A stretch of DNA of 63,943 bases, filler included, from Reclinomonas americana ATCC 50394 (lineage: Eukaryota): NCBI GenBank assembly GCA_048213135.1. It is 15 parts of 13 records of this genome, joined end to end, with 100 filler letters (N's around TTAATTAATTAA, not from the genome) between each part and the next. Parts side by side here need not be neighbours in the genome. Positions count along the whole stretch, not along the records: positions 62,923 to 63,943 come from PS016021.1; 14 more parts are not named here. The stretch is one strand, 5' to 3'. Under the pieces are notes generated by a model. The model saw only the letters and a list, made by a program, of their open reading frames with translations, did no database searches and was not told the DNA's origin. Positions 63,093 through 63,943 of the stretch are shown here, piece by piece. The translations under genes were made by a program, and so were the position numbers. Positions within the stretch are counted from its first letter, which is position 1; the number at the start of each line of letters is the position of its first letter.

Positions 63093-63943
63093 CGCAGCTG
63101 AAAGTACACGGGCAAGTTCCACAATCGCACAAACTCCTGGTACGACTTGTGCGCGTGTAACCTTACAGTGGGGTCGTCATCGTCGCCACCACCGCCGCCG
63201 TGGCTGTCGCGGTGCAGTGCTTCGCGCACCTCGCCATCGATTTGCGCCAAGAAGCGATCGAGCACCGAGTAGTGGTGCGCAAACACGTCGGCCACACGCG
63301 CGGCAAACAGCGCACCACCGAAATCGGCCGTGAGGATGCGATGCAACTCGACAAAGAACGCATTGCCGCAGAAATCGTACTGCGCCGACACACCGGCGGC
63401 CACGGCCGCGCGCAACACCGGCAGCACACGCACACGCAGCACCGTCAGCGCGCCGGCCAGCTTTTCATCCAGACCCTGAATCGGGTGGTTGCCGGCGGCG
63501 GCAGAAGCTGCAGTGGCGGCAGCGGTGGTCGATGATGACGACGATGATGATGATGACGACGACGATGGCGATGGGCCGCCGATTTTGTTGGGCGACAGGG
63601 GAGGAGGTGGTCGCGGCGATGTTGATCCACCACTGCCGCCTCCGTGAGCCGCCAGTGCCGCCTCCAATGCCGGACGCACGTGGTGGACACGCAAATGCGC
63701 CTCGGCATTCTGCTGCAATCCAAACGCCACGTACGAGCGCAAGCAGGCCTGCACACACTCGGTGCCGCCGCCGACACCGTCGCTGATCAAGTGCAGTGAC
63801 TGCGGAAAGCAACTGCGGTCCAGCAAGTCGCCACATAGTCGACGCACCGAGCCGACACGCTGGCGCACGTCGTCCGACGGCGACGAGTGTTCCACTCGCG
63901 AGAGCGTCCATGAGCATTTTTCGACGGCGTGGCAGGCGTCCGG
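63093..63943 (-). CDS. COG2: Conserved oligomeric Golgi complex subunit 2, internal exon
   Basis: QYDFCGNAFFVEL..DVFAHHYSVLDRFLAQID..SYQEFVRLWNLPVYFQLR; WNLPVYFQ is a COG2 signature. Confidence 0.8.

Overview
This is draft-assembly DNA from an intron-rich, microsatellite-rich flagellated unicellular eukaryote; the lineage cannot be fixed from the sequence. Contigs are joined by artificial 100-nt N/TTAATTAATTAA/N linkers. Gene models were spliced by hand. In order they are: IFT122 (partial), the 3' end of TRM8/METTL1, a secreted protein with about 40 EGF-like exons, an unknown gene, a divergent Rab, an unknown Pro-rich gene, an AMT1/MTA1-type MT-A70 DNA 6mA methyltransferase, a membrane-anchored PsbP/Mog1-like triple-domain protein, a giant FN3-like single-pass surface protein, a large BEACH-domain gene, a small dually acylated protein, a second PsbP/Mog1-like paralog, several low-complexity or PH fragments, and COG2 (partial). 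The most notable signal is a recurrent 5' splice-site class, GTTGCG(T). It appears at about 19 donors in 7 genes and lacks +5G. It almost always follows a non-G exon base and looks like the ordinary GTGCGT donor shifted by one nucleotide.
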